In this document: positions 19,342-27,397 of the stretch, piece after piece
How positions within the stretch are numbered: position 1 is the stretch's first letter
Layout of the letters: every line of letters begins with the position of its first letter
From: Paracoccaceae bacterium
GTDB lineage: Bacteria; Pseudomonadota; Alphaproteobacteria; Rhodobacterales; Rhodobacteraceae
Length of the DNA stretch: 64,000 bases
Assembly: GCA_002709405.1 (NCBI GenBank)
Contig: PAQV01000011.1
Coordinates: 1,936-65,935, forward strand
Direction of reading: 5' to 3'
Translations under genes and position numbers: made by a program
Notes under the pieces: generated by a model
Databases searched by the model: none
What the model was told of the DNA's origin: nothing
The model's input: the letters and a program-made list of their open reading frames with translations, nothing else

Positions 19342-20556
19342 CTATCTCGGCAGGCCGACCGCCTTTGCCTCTGCCATCGCCTTGATGTCGTCCTCGCTGA
19401 AGCCCACGCCGGTCAGCGCGGCAACGGTATGCTCGCCGACCGCGGGCGGGGTCTGCGTCTTCACCTTCTCGTAGCCCTCGGCGTGGATCTGCATCGGGCT
19501 GTCCACGGTGCGGATGCCCTCCGCGCCCTCGACCTCGGGGAAGCAACCGTTGGCGATCATGTGCGGGTCGCGGGTGTTTTCCTCGGTCGTTTGCGCGACG
19601 CTGAAGTTCACGCCGAATGCCTGCAGCCGTTCCTTCACCACGTCGGGGTCATGCGTCCCGACGATGCCCTGCATCTCGTCGAACAGCGCCTTGGCGTTCT
19701 GCAGCCGGGATTGCGGCGTCGCGAACCGCTCGTCCCCCTTCAGGTGGTCCGCGCCAAAGGCGTCGCGGAGATTGCCGATGTTGTTCGGATTGATCTCCAT
19801 GATGATGACGTAACGGCCATCCTTGGTCCTGAAACGCCCGCCCGAGACCGGGTTCGGCCATTCATCCAGCGCGTATTTCGGCATCGGCGGCGTGCCCACC
19901 AGGGCCGCCTGTGTCATGCAGGAATTCGCCCACAAGCCATTGTGCATCAGCGAGGTAAACACCTCGGAGCCCTGGCCGGTCCGTTCGCGGTGGAACAGCC
20001 CCGCCAGAACCGCGCCCGCCAGGGTCGAGGCGGTCCCCAGGTCGCCCAACCCCACGGGCAGGGCCACCGGGCCGCCGTCCTTGGGCCGAAGCTCCTCCAT
20101 GATCCCGGTCCGGGCGTACCACGCGGTCGCATCGAACCCCGGCGCGTCCTTGTCCGGGCCGGCCTGGCCGAACCCGTTGATCGAGGCGTAGACGATCTTG
20201 GAGTTGACCGCCTTGATGTCTTCGTAGGTGTGTCTCAGGGCCTTCTGCACCGGCAGGGGCGAATTGGTCAGGAAGACATCGGCCGTCGCTGCCAGCTTCA
20301 GCAGCGCCTCCTGCGCCTCGGGCGCCTTGAGGTTCAGCGCAACCGACTTCTTCGTGCGGTTCTGGATGTAGGTCGTCCACGCCACCTTGCTGGGCGGCAG
20401 ACCCGGGGTCATGTGCCCATAGCGCCAGGGATCGCCGCTCAGCGGCTCGACCTTGATCACCTCGGCCCCCAGGTCGGCCAGGATCACCGTTGCATTGGGC
20501 GCTGCGGCCATCGAGGCGACCTCGATCACCTTGATCCCATCAAGAATTCCCACCAT
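19342..20556 (-). CDS. Family III CoA-transferase (CaiB/BaiF type)
   Basis: 404 aa. N-terminus MVGILDGIKVIEVASMAAAPNATVILADLGAEVIKVEP is typical of the family. Confidence 0.9.
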   Translation of the reverse strand: MVGILDGIKVIEVASMAAAPNATVILADLGAEVIKVEPLSGDPWRYGHMTPGLPPSKVAWTTYIQNRTKKSVALNLKAPEAQEALLKLAATADVFLTNSPLPVQKALRHTYEDIKAVNSKIVYASINGFGQAGPDKDAPGFDATAWYARTGIMEELRPKDGGPVALPVGLGDLGTASTLAGAVLAGLFHRERTGQGSEVFTSLMHNGLWANSCMTQAALVGTPPMPKYALDEWPNPVSGGRFRTKDGRYVIIMEINPNNIGNLRDAFGADHLKGDERFATPQSRLQNAKALFDEMQGIVGTHDPDVVKERLQAFGVNFSVAQTTEENTRDPHMIANGCFPEVEGAEGIRTVDSPMQIHAEGYEKVKTQTPPAVGEHTVAALTGVGFSEDDIKAMAEAKAVGLPR

Positions 20557-20827
20557 CGTCGCCTATCCTTTGTCTGACCGATTGCACAAACGCCATGCGC
20601 GTCTTCCGCGAGAGGTGGTCGAGGAATTCATCCTGAAGTCGGTCGAAGATCTTCTGATATTCGTCGGCCCGTTCCGGCATGTCTCTCCACCGGGCCCGCG
20701 CGACATCGGCCATTTCCATCTCTTCGCAGATGGACCGGAAATCGGGATCGTCGCGATGCAGCCTCGTGATGCTCAACTCGAGGCCGGGAAATCGCGCAAT
20801 CAATGTATGAAGATACGTGCCCGCCAT
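20540..20827 (-). CDS. Hypothetical small helical protein, first gene of the cluster
   Basis: MAGTYLHTLIARFPGLELSITRLHRDDPDFRSICEEMEMADVARARWRDMPERADEYQKIFDRLQDEFLDHL.. Overlaps the CoA-transferase start by 17 nt. No family recognised. An alternative start at 20878 is possible. Confidence 0.4.
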   Translation of the reverse strand: MAGTYLHTLIARFPGLELSITRLHRDDPDFRSICEEMEMADVARARWRDMPERADEYQKIFDRLQDEFLDHLSRKTRMAFVQSVRQRIGDDGGNS

Positions 20828-20878
20828 GTGCCCCCTCTCGGCGATCAAGGCATGGCAGACCGCGTCACCGCAGGGCAC

Positions 20879-20896
20879 GTTGGAACATGTTTCAAC
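20879..20896. promoter_or_regulatory. Imperfect 18-bp palindrome in the divergent promoter region
   Basis: GTTGGAACATGTTTCAAC (16 of 18 positions self-complementary). Lies between the cluster's first gene and the divergent TPR regulator gene. Confidence 0.3.
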
Positions 20897-20984
20897 GTAG
20901 AGTCAGCGGCTGTTTCCAAAGTGTTAATGGCCGGAAATTTCGTGCTATGGTCGTAATAACCTTTTGATCGTCGCCGCGGTTCCA

Positions 20985-22766
20985 ATGTTGAAGCCAGAAG
21001 TCACGGCTGATCCGCCGTTCTCCGAGGCGGACGTTCGCCGGCAGCTCGAGCGTATCCTGGTCTTCCCGGAATTGCAGGCCAGCGACCGCCGCCGCGAGAT
21101 GCTGCGCTACGTGGTCGAAGAGGCGCTCGCCGGGCTGTCCGCGCAGATCAAGGCCACGACCATCGCCATGGCAGTCTTTGACCGGGGCGCCGACTTCGAT
21201 CAGCAATCCGACCCGGTGGTCCGTCTCGAAGCCCGCAAGCTTCGGCGGGATCTTGACAATTACTACGCGGACGCAGGTCGGGATGATCCGATAAGGATCG
21301 ACATTCCCAAGGGCAGATACGTCCCGAAGTTCTCTGCGCTGCAGGCCCACGATCGCGCCGCGACACCTGGCATGCCTATGGATCCGCCCGAAGACGCGCG
21401 TGCCCCCACAGACGGGCGCGACATGTCCGTTCGCGCGCCCAGGCGCGCTCCGCTCCGGCTTGCGCTGGCCGGAGCGGTCCTGCTGGGCCTTCTGGGCCTG
21501 GGTCTGATCTGGTACATGACATCCGGCAGGCACGACTATTCCCACGTCGAAATACCGTTCAAGGGACCCAGCATCCTGGTCGAGTCGTTCGATGCAAACG
21601 AGTCCGACAGCGTCACGACACTGGTCGCCGAGCTCTTGGCCCAGGACATTACCTCAGCTCTTCTGAAGTTTCCCGACTTGCGCGCACACACGGCCTTTGC
21701 GGAGTCCGAAACCGAGACGGCGAAGTCAATTGCTCGCTCTCTCGCAGGGCAGGCTCTTTACACGGTGCACGGCAATGTGTGGCGGGAAGAGGGCCAGGTC
21801 TTCGTCCGGGCCGCCCTCTCGCGATACGCGGACGAAGAGCTGCTCTGGTCCGAAAGGTTCGCCGAAAGCGAGCGCGAGCGCGGCATCTCCGCGATCAGTG
21901 ACGAGATTTCGTCCAGGATCGCATCCGTGATCGGCCAGCCGTACGGGATCGCAAGGAGTGAAACCCGGGACAGGCTTCTCGTCGAGACATCGAACCCAAG
22001 CCTCAGAAGTTATGCTTGCATTGCCCGCGCAACGGAATACCGGCGTATCCAGAGCAAGGATCTCTACGCGGACACGCGGGCCTGCCTCGAGGAGACGGTT
22101 CAAAGACAACCCGAATTGTCGCGCGGCTGGGCCATGCTTGCCTACCTTCGCTTTGATGCAACCCGTTTCGGCTACCAGCAGGACCTGACAATCGAAGAAG
22201 GGTACGCGCAGGCGCGTGAGGCCGCGGCTCACGCCCTGACCCTGAATCCCAGGGATACGGATGCGTTGAAGGCAATGTCGCATATCCTCCACTTCGAAGG
22301 ATATCCGGAAGAGTCGATCGACTATGCGCGGCGCGCCGTCGAAACGAACCCGAATGATCCCGAAACCGTCGGCAATCTCGGTGTCATGCTCGGCTATCAA
22401 GGCCGGTTTTCGGAAGCCGAGCCATTGCTGGAATTCACGGTCGAACGCTCGATCTCACCGGCCCCGAGGTACTACATGTTCCTGGCGATGGCTCACCTGA
22501 TGCGCGAGGACTGGGACGACATGCTGTCGGACGCGACCTTTTCCGCCGCAGATGGCGGCAGCATCAGCTACATGCTGTTGGCGATCGCCAACGCCAATCT
22601 GGGCAACGTGGCGGCCGCCAGAACGGATTACCTGAGACTCGAGGAGCGCTGGCCTCTGCTGGCCGAGGACCCCAAAACCGCCTTGAAGATCTACAACGTT
22701 GACCCGACCCTCCTCGACGCGTTTGCCGCCGGGCTTGACCGGGTGCGCGTCGTGATATCGGACTGA
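20985..22766 (+). CDS. Membrane-anchored TPR-repeat regulator-like protein with a winged-helix-like N-terminal domain
   Basis: N-terminal LRYVVEEALAG..IKATTIAMAVFDRGADFDQQSDPVVRLEARKLRRDLDNYY..IRIDIPKGRYVPKF resembles the OmpR/CadC-type trans_reg_C logic. One TM helix (LALAGAVLLGLLGLGLIWY). C-terminal TPR-like repeats. ATG at 20985; the track ORF starts at TTG 20964. Confidence 0.7.
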   Translation: MLKPEVTADPPFSEADVRRQLERILVFPELQASDRRREMLRYVVEEALAGLSAQIKATTIAMAVFDRGADFDQQSDPVVRLEARKLRRDLDNYYADAGRDDPIRIDIPKGRYVPKFSALQAHDRAATPGMPMDPPEDARAPTDGRDMSVRAPRRAPLRLALAGAVLLGLLGLGLIWYMTSGRHDYSHVEIPFKGPSILVESFDANESDSVTTLVAELLAQDITSALLKFPDLRAHTAFAESETETAKSIARSLAGQALYTVHGNVWREEGQVFVRAALSRYADEELLWSERFAESERERGISAISDEISSRIASVIGQPYGIARSETRDRLLVETSNPSLRSYACIARATEYRRIQSKDLYADTRACLEETVQRQPELSRGWAMLAYLRFDATRFGYQQDLTIEEGYAQAREAAAHALTLNPRDTDALKAMSHILHFEGYPEESIDYARRAVETNPNDPETVGNLGVMLGYQGRFSEAEPLLEFTVERSISPAPRYYMFLAMAHLMREDWDDMLSDATFSAADGGSISYMLLAIANANLGNVAAARTDYLRLEERWPLLAEDPKTALKIYNVDPTLLDAFAAGLDRVRVVISD

Positions 22767-23058
22767 ATAGCCGATCAGGCGTTGGTGGCCATTGTCTCGG
22801 ACAAGTTCGGGCATGCGGCGCTCGTCAGTGGCACATCACTGAATCTCCCGCTCACGACCTTTCGTGTCCATGTCAGAACTCCTGCCTGCATCGACCCGGC
22901 CCTGGCTAGGAACAATCCCAAGGCGCACCTCGGATATATGTAAAGCTGGACCCACAGCCCACCGCCCCCGCGTCGCGAACAAGGACCTCCAGGGGTCCAT
23001 AGATCGAAACCGTAGGGCCGCCAGCCAAGCTGGTCATGACGCCAAAAGGAAGGGGACT

Positions 23059-23135
23059 TGGTAGCGGAGGAGGGACTTGAACCCCCGACACGCGGATTAT
23101 GATTCCGCTGCTCTAACCAACTGAGCTACTCCGCC
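23059..23135 (-). tRNA. tRNA with anticodon CAT (elongator Met, or Ile2 if lysidine-modified)
   Basis: The reverse complement folds as a cloverleaf: GGCGGAG/TA/GCTC-AGTTGGTTA-GAGC/A/GCGGA-ATCATAA-TCCGC/GTGTC/GGGGG-TTCAAGT-CCCTC/CTCCGCT-ACCA. CCA is encoded. It lacks the initiator features (no GGG/CCC in the anticodon stem). Confidence 0.9.
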
Positions 23136-23315
23136 AGAAGTGAGCGTGGAGGTAAGGAATGCACCGGGTGGCGTCAAGTGGGAAAAATCGCCCTCGTGGC
23201 AATTCCTCCCCCAGACCGCGACCGACCTCGCGGCAACCGGCAAGCCATACCGATTGCTGCTTCTTTCTCTTCGAAAATACCCGGCCGGACGCCCCCAACA
23301 AGCGCCCCGCCCCGC

Positions 23316-24356
23316 TCAGGAGCGCCCGGATCGCACCGTCTCGATCATCAGCGCCACGTTGTCGGGATCCGCGTCCGGCGTGATCCCGTGGCCGAGATTG
23401 AAGATGTGCGGCCCGCTGGAAAACGCCTCGACGATCCGCCGCGTCTCGTCGACCAGGGCCTGCCCCCCTGTCACCATGTGCGACGAGGCCAGGTTGCCCT
23501 GTACGCACCCGTCGACCTGCACGTGACCGGCCGCCCAGACCGCATCCACCGAATTGTCCAGCGCAACACAATCCACGCCCGTCGCCGCGGCAAACCCCAC
23601 GTAGGCCGTGCCGGCCTCGCGCGGGAAACCGATCACCGGAATGCCCGGGTGGCGCTCTTTCAGGGCGGCGGTGATCTGCCGGCAGGGCTCGACACAGAAG
23701 TCCTGGAAATCGGCCCCCTTCAGGGACCCCGCCCAGCTGTCGAAGATCTTGACCACCTCCGCCCCGGCCTCGATCTGGGCCGAGAGATATTCGATCGTCG
23801 CCGCCGTCACCCGCTCGATCAGGGCCGCGAACAACTCGCGGTTGCCGTCCTTCAGCGCATGGGCCGGCGCCTGGTCCGGCGTGCCTCGCCCGGCGATCAT
23901 GTAGGTCGCCACCGTCCAGGGCGCACCGGCAAAACCGATCAGCGTCGTCTCGGCCGGCAATTCGCGGGTCAGGATCTTCACCGTCTCATAGACCGGGCCC
24001 AGCCGGTCGTGGATGGCATCCACCGGCTTCAGCGCATCGAAATCGGCCTGCCCGGTGATCGTCGACAGCCGCGGGCCCTCGCCGGTCACGAACCACAGGT
24101 CCATGCCCAGGGCCTGCGGAATCAGCAGGATGTCGGCGAACAGGATCGCCGCGTCGAACCCGTAGCGCCGGATCGGCTGCAGGGTCACCTCGGCCGCCAG
24201 ATCTGGCGTATAGCACAGCGACAGGAAGTCGCCCGCCTTGGCTCGCGTGGCCCGGTATTCCGGCAGGTAACGCCCTGCCTGGCGCATCATCCAGATCGGC
24301 GGCACCGGCAGCGTTTCTCCTGCAAGCGCGCGCAAGATCGTCTTTTGTGTCGTCAT
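23316..24356 (-). CDS. hemE: Uroporphyrinogen decarboxylase
   Basis: 346 aa from [11 protein letters not shown]. Motifs [15 protein letters not shown] and FDSWAG are HemE hallmarks. The longer 613-aa track ORF is an upstream extension artefact. Confidence 0.95.
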   Translation of the reverse strand: MTTQKTILRALAGETLPVPPIWMMRQAGRYLPEYRATRAKAGDFLSLCYTPDLAAEVTLQPIRRYGFDAAILFADILLIPQALGMDLWFVTGEGPRLSTITGQADFDALKPVDAIHDRLGPVYETVKILTRELPAETTLIGFAGAPWTVATYMIAGRGTPDQAPAHALKDGNRELFAALIERVTAATIEYLSAQIEAGAEVVKIFDSWAGSLKGADFQDFCVEPCRQITAALKERHPGIPVIGFPREAGTAYVGFAAATGVDCVALDNSVDAVWAAGHVQVDGCVQGNLASSHMVTGGQALVDETRRIVEAFSSGPHIFNLGHGITPDADPDNVALMIETVRSGRS

Positions 24357-24461
24357 GGGACCCCTCCTGAACGCCCCTGCGTCTCGCCTGAGCGCACCGA
24401 TGTCAACCCGCCACGGCCCAGCCCCGTTGTCACTGCCCCGGGCCGGGCATAGACAGGACCC

Positions 24462-25421
24462 ATGACGCATCCCCTTCCCTCCCCCGCCGCGCCGCTTGGC
24501 ATCGGCACCCGCGGATCGCCGCTGGCGCTGGCCCAGGCCTTCGAGACCCGTGACAGGCTGGCCGCCGCCTTCGACCTGCCGGACGAGGCCTTCCAGATCA
24601 TCGTCATCAAGACCACCGGCGACGACCGGGCCATGATCGAGGCCGACCGCCCCCTGAAGGAAATCGGCAACAAGGGGCTGTTCACCCGCGAGATCGAGGC
24701 CGACCTGCTGTCTGGCAAGATCGACATCGCCGTGCACTCGATGAAGGACATGCCCGTCGAACAGCCGCCGGGCCTGGTGCTGGACACCTACCTGCCGCGC
24801 GAGGACCCACGCGATGCCTTCGTGTCGCCCGAGGTCTCGGGGCTGGCGGGGCTGGCCGCGGGGGCGGTCGTGGGCACATCCAGCTTGCGGCGCAAGGCCC
24901 AGCTGCTGAACCGCCGGCCCGATCTTCAGGTGGTCGAATTCCGGGGCAACGTGCAGACCCGCCTGCGCAAGCTGGCCGATGGCGTGGCCGATTGCACCTT
25001 TCTCGCCATGGCCGGGCTGAACCGCCTGGCCGCCGAGGACGTCCCCGCCACGCCCATCGCCATTGAAGACATGCTGCCCGCCGTGGCCCAGGGGGCCATC
25101 GGGATCGAAAGACGGTCCGACGACAGCCGCGTTGCCGCCATGCTGGAGGCCATCCATGACACGCCCACCGGCCAGCGGCTGGCGGCCGAGCGGGCCTTCC
25201 TGGCGACCCTCGATGGGTCCTGCGAAACGCCCATCGCCGGGCTGGCAGAGCTCGACGGCGGCATGTTGCGCCTGCGCGGAGAAGTCCTGCGCCCGGACGG
25301 ATCGGAATCGGTGTCGGATGACGTGACATGTGCCATCCCGGACGGGCCGGAAGCCGGCCGCCAGATGGCGCTCAGGCTGCTGGAACGTGCCGGCCCCGGC
25401 TTTTTCGACTGGCGGGCCTGA
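24462..25421 (+). CDS. hemC: Porphobilinogen deaminase (hydroxymethylbilane synthase)
   Basis: 319 aa with [24 protein letters not shown] and GSCETPIAG (the cofactor-binding Cys region). Confidence 0.95.
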   Translation: MTHPLPSPAAPLGIGTRGSPLALAQAFETRDRLAAAFDLPDEAFQIIVIKTTGDDRAMIEADRPLKEIGNKGLFTREIEADLLSGKIDIAVHSMKDMPVEQPPGLVLDTYLPREDPRDAFVSPEVSGLAGLAAGAVVGTSSLRRKAQLLNRRPDLQVVEFRGNVQTRLRKLADGVADCTFLAMAGLNRLAAEDVPATPIAIEDMLPAVAQGAIGIERRSDDSRVAAMLEAIHDTPTGQRLAAERAFLATLDGSCETPIAGLAELDGGMLRLRGEVLRPDGSESVSDDVTCAIPDGPEAGRQMALRLLERAGPGFFDWRA

Positions 25422-25442
25422 TCAGGGCCTGACCCAATCGCA

Positions 25443-25460
25443 CCCGGCCGCAAGGCCGGG
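25443..25460. terminator. GC hairpin between convergent hemC and the GST gene
   Basis: CCCGGCC-GCAA-GGCCGGG: a 7-bp stem with a GNRA-like loop in a 54-nt convergent spacer. The U-tract is poor, so this is only a candidate. Confidence 0.35.
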
Positions 25461-25475
25461 CGCTTGTGGGCGGCC

Positions 25476-26342
25476 TTATTCGGCCGCTTCGATCTTGTCC
25501 TGGGTCCGGGTGTCGAAATCCGACGCATCGTGGCGTTCGCGCAGCTGGGTTTCCGGCGCGCCCGTGGCCCGGTTGACCATGCGCCCACGCTGGACGGCGG
25601 GGCGGGCGTCGATCTTTTCGGCCCAGGCCAGCACGTTGGTGTAGCTTTTGACGTCGAGGAACTCGGCCGAGTCATACTGCCGGCCCAGCACCAACTGCCC
25701 GTACCACGACCAGATGGCCATGTCGGCGATGGTATAATCCTCGCCCACGATGAAGGGCTTGTCGGCCAGCTCGCGGTCCAGCACATCCAGCTGGCGCTTG
25801 GTTTCCATGGCGAAACGGTTGATCGGGTATTCCCATTTCTCGGGCGCATAGGCGTAGAAATGGCCGAACCCGCCGCCCAGGTAAGGGGCCGAGCCCATCT
25901 GCCAGAACAGCCAGGACAGCATCTCGGGGCGGTCTTCGGGCTTGCCCAGGAACATGCCGAACTTCTCGGCCAGGTGCAGCAGGATCGATCCGCTTTCGAA
26001 CACCCGGACCGGCGTGTCGCCCGAGCGGTCCATCAGCGCCGGGATCTTGGAATTCGGGTTGATGTCGACAAAGCCCGAACCGAACTGGTCGCCGTCGCCG
26101 ATGTTGATCAGCCAGGCATCGTATTCGGCCTCGGTCACGCCGGCGGCCAGCAGTTCCTCGAGCAGGACGGTGACCTTGACGCCGTTGGGCGTGCCCAGCG
26201 AGTAAAGCTGGAAGGGATGCTTGCCGACGGGCAGCTCCTTGTCGTGGGTCGGCCCCGCGATGGGCCGGTTGGTCGAGGCGAAACGGCCTCCGCTTTCCTT
26301 GTCCCAGGTCCAGACGGCGGGCGGCGTGTAGGTGTCGGTCAT
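25476..26342 (-). CDS. yghU: YghU-type glutathione S-transferase-like protein
   Basis: 288 aa. The N-terminus ..STNRPIAGPTHDKELPVGKHPFQLYSLGTPNGVKVTVLLEELL matches the YghU/Nu-class GST pattern. Confidence 0.8.
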   Translation of the reverse strand: MTDTYTPPAVWTWDKESGGRFASTNRPIAGPTHDKELPVGKHPFQLYSLGTPNGVKVTVLLEELLAAGVTEAEYDAWLINIGDGDQFGSGFVDINPNSKIPALMDRSGDTPVRVFESGSILLHLAEKFGMFLGKPEDRPEMLSWLFWQMGSAPYLGGGFGHFYAYAPEKWEYPINRFAMETKRQLDVLDRELADKPFIVGEDYTIADMAIWSWYGQLVLGRQYDSAEFLDVKSYTNVLAWAEKIDARPAVQRGRMVNRATGAPETQLRERHDASDFDTRTQDKIEAAE

Positions 26343-26426
26343 GCGAGGCTTCCCTTTTGTCGATCGCCCCCTAGCTAACGGCCCGCCCGGGGCGGGTCAT
26401 CCGCAATCACGGTCTTGTGTGGGCGA

Positions 26427-27332
26427 TTAAACCCATTTCGCCAGGGGCGGCAGGCTCATGAGCACGGCATTGGCGTCGTGCCCGGTTTCCAGCCCGAATT
26501 TCGTGCCACGGTCGTAGACGAGGTTGTATTCCGCATAAAGACCGCGATGGACCAGCTGGGCGTCCTTGTCGGCCTCGGACCAGTCCTGCACCCGGCGCTT
26601 TTCGACCAGGGGCACGAAGGCCGGCAGGAAGGCCCGGCCGATATCCTGGATCAGGGCAAAGTCGGCATCCCAGTCGCCGGTGTTGTGGTCGTCAAGGAAG
26701 ATGCCCCCGACACCCCGCGCGCGCTTGCGGTGGGGAATGTAGAAATACTCGTCCGCCCAGGCTTTCAGGCGAGGGTAATGGTCGGTCCCGTGCGGGTCCA
26801 GATGGGCCTTCTGGGTGTCATGGAAATGGGCCGTGTCGGCGTCATATTCCAGGCAGGGGTTCAGGTCGGACCCGCCGCCGAACCACCAGGCATGGGGCGT
26901 CCAGAACATGCGCGTGTTCATGTGGACGGCCGGAACGTGCGGGTTCTGCATGTGGGCGACCAGCGAAATGCCCGACGCCCAGAAGCGCGGATCGTCTGCC
27001 ATGCCCGGAATGCCCTTGCGCGCGGCCATGGCCGCCTGGGCCCGTTCGCCAAGGGTGCCGTAAACGGTCGAGACATTGACGCCGACCTTTTCGAAGACCC
27101 GGCCGCCGCGCATGACAGACATCAGGCCGCCGCCCGCATCACCGCCATCGGGCGCGGCGCGCCTGGTCTGCGTCACCTCGAACCGGCCGGGATCCGCATC
27201 GGCCAGCGGGCCCTCGACATGGCTGGTCTCCAGCGCCTCAAATGCGTTGACAATCTGGTCGCGCAAGTCCCGGAACCAATCCGCGGCCCGAGATTTTTCG
27301 TCCGAAAAATCTTCCCAAGTGTCGGAAGTCAT
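26427..27332 (-). CDS. hemF: Oxygen-dependent coproporphyrinogen III oxidase
   Basis: 301 aa with GGGLMSVMRGGRVFEKVGVNVS, WWFGGGSDLNP and YFYIPHRKRARGVGGIFLD. Confidence 0.95.
   Translation of the reverse strand: MTSDTWEDFSDEKSRAADWFRDLRDQIVNAFEALETSHVEGPLADADPGRFEVTQTRRAAPDGGDAGGGLMSVMRGGRVFEKVGVNVSTVYGTLGERAQAAMAARKGIPGMADDPRFWASGISLVAHMQNPHVPAVHMNTRMFWTPHAWWFGGGSDLNPCLEYDADTAHFHDTQKAHLDPHGTDHYPRLKAWADEYFYIPHRKRARGVGGIFLDDHNTGDWDADFALIQDIGRAFLPAFVPLVEKRRVQDWSEADKDAQLVHRGLYAEYNLVYDRGTKFGLETGHDANAVLMSLPPLAKWV
27291..27312. promoter_or_regulatory. 22-nt AT-rich palindrome, copy 1 (inside hemF codons 7-14)
   Basis: AGATTTTTCG-TC-CGAAAAATCT with perfect 10-bp arms. Including flanks it is a 25-nt exact inverted copy of the element at 27368-27389. 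Confidence 0.5.
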
Positions 27333-27367
27333 GTCTGGATATCCCTATCGTATCACACCGTGGCCCA

Positions 27368-27389
27368 AGATTTTTCGGACGAAAAATCT
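27368..27389. promoter_or_regulatory. 22-nt AT-rich palindrome, copy 2 (hemF 5' leader)
   Basis: AGATTTTTCG-GA-CGAAAAATCT, 36 nt upstream of the hemF ATG in the 65-nt spacer after the SDR gene. Confidence 0.5.
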
Positions 27390-27397
27390 CGTCCCGC

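Noticed and set aside
1-23058. Prophage, ICE or IS element as the explanation for the accessory left block
   Set aside because: No integrase, transposase, relaxase, capsid or terminase-like translation and no terminal inverted repeats were found in the window. Only the tRNA adjacency hints at an island, so it is reported as a hypothesis, not as a mobile_element feature.
23059-23135. Initiator tRNA-fMet
   Set aside because: The anticodon is CAT, but the anticodon stem is GCGGA/TCCGC (no three consecutive G-C pairs) and position 1-72 is a G-U pair rather than a C-A mismatch. It was called elongator Met or Ile2 instead.
23316-25157. 613-aa version of the hemE ORF, and similar long extensions (3950-5839, 29282-30343, 40621-42543, 52091-53296, 56499-57521)
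   Set aside because: Only the C-terminal parts match real proteins and have SD-linked internal starts. The N-terminal extensions overlap neighbouring bona fide genes (hemC, dipeptidase, HAD hydrolase, pheA, sigma factor, DUF1013) in another frame or strand.
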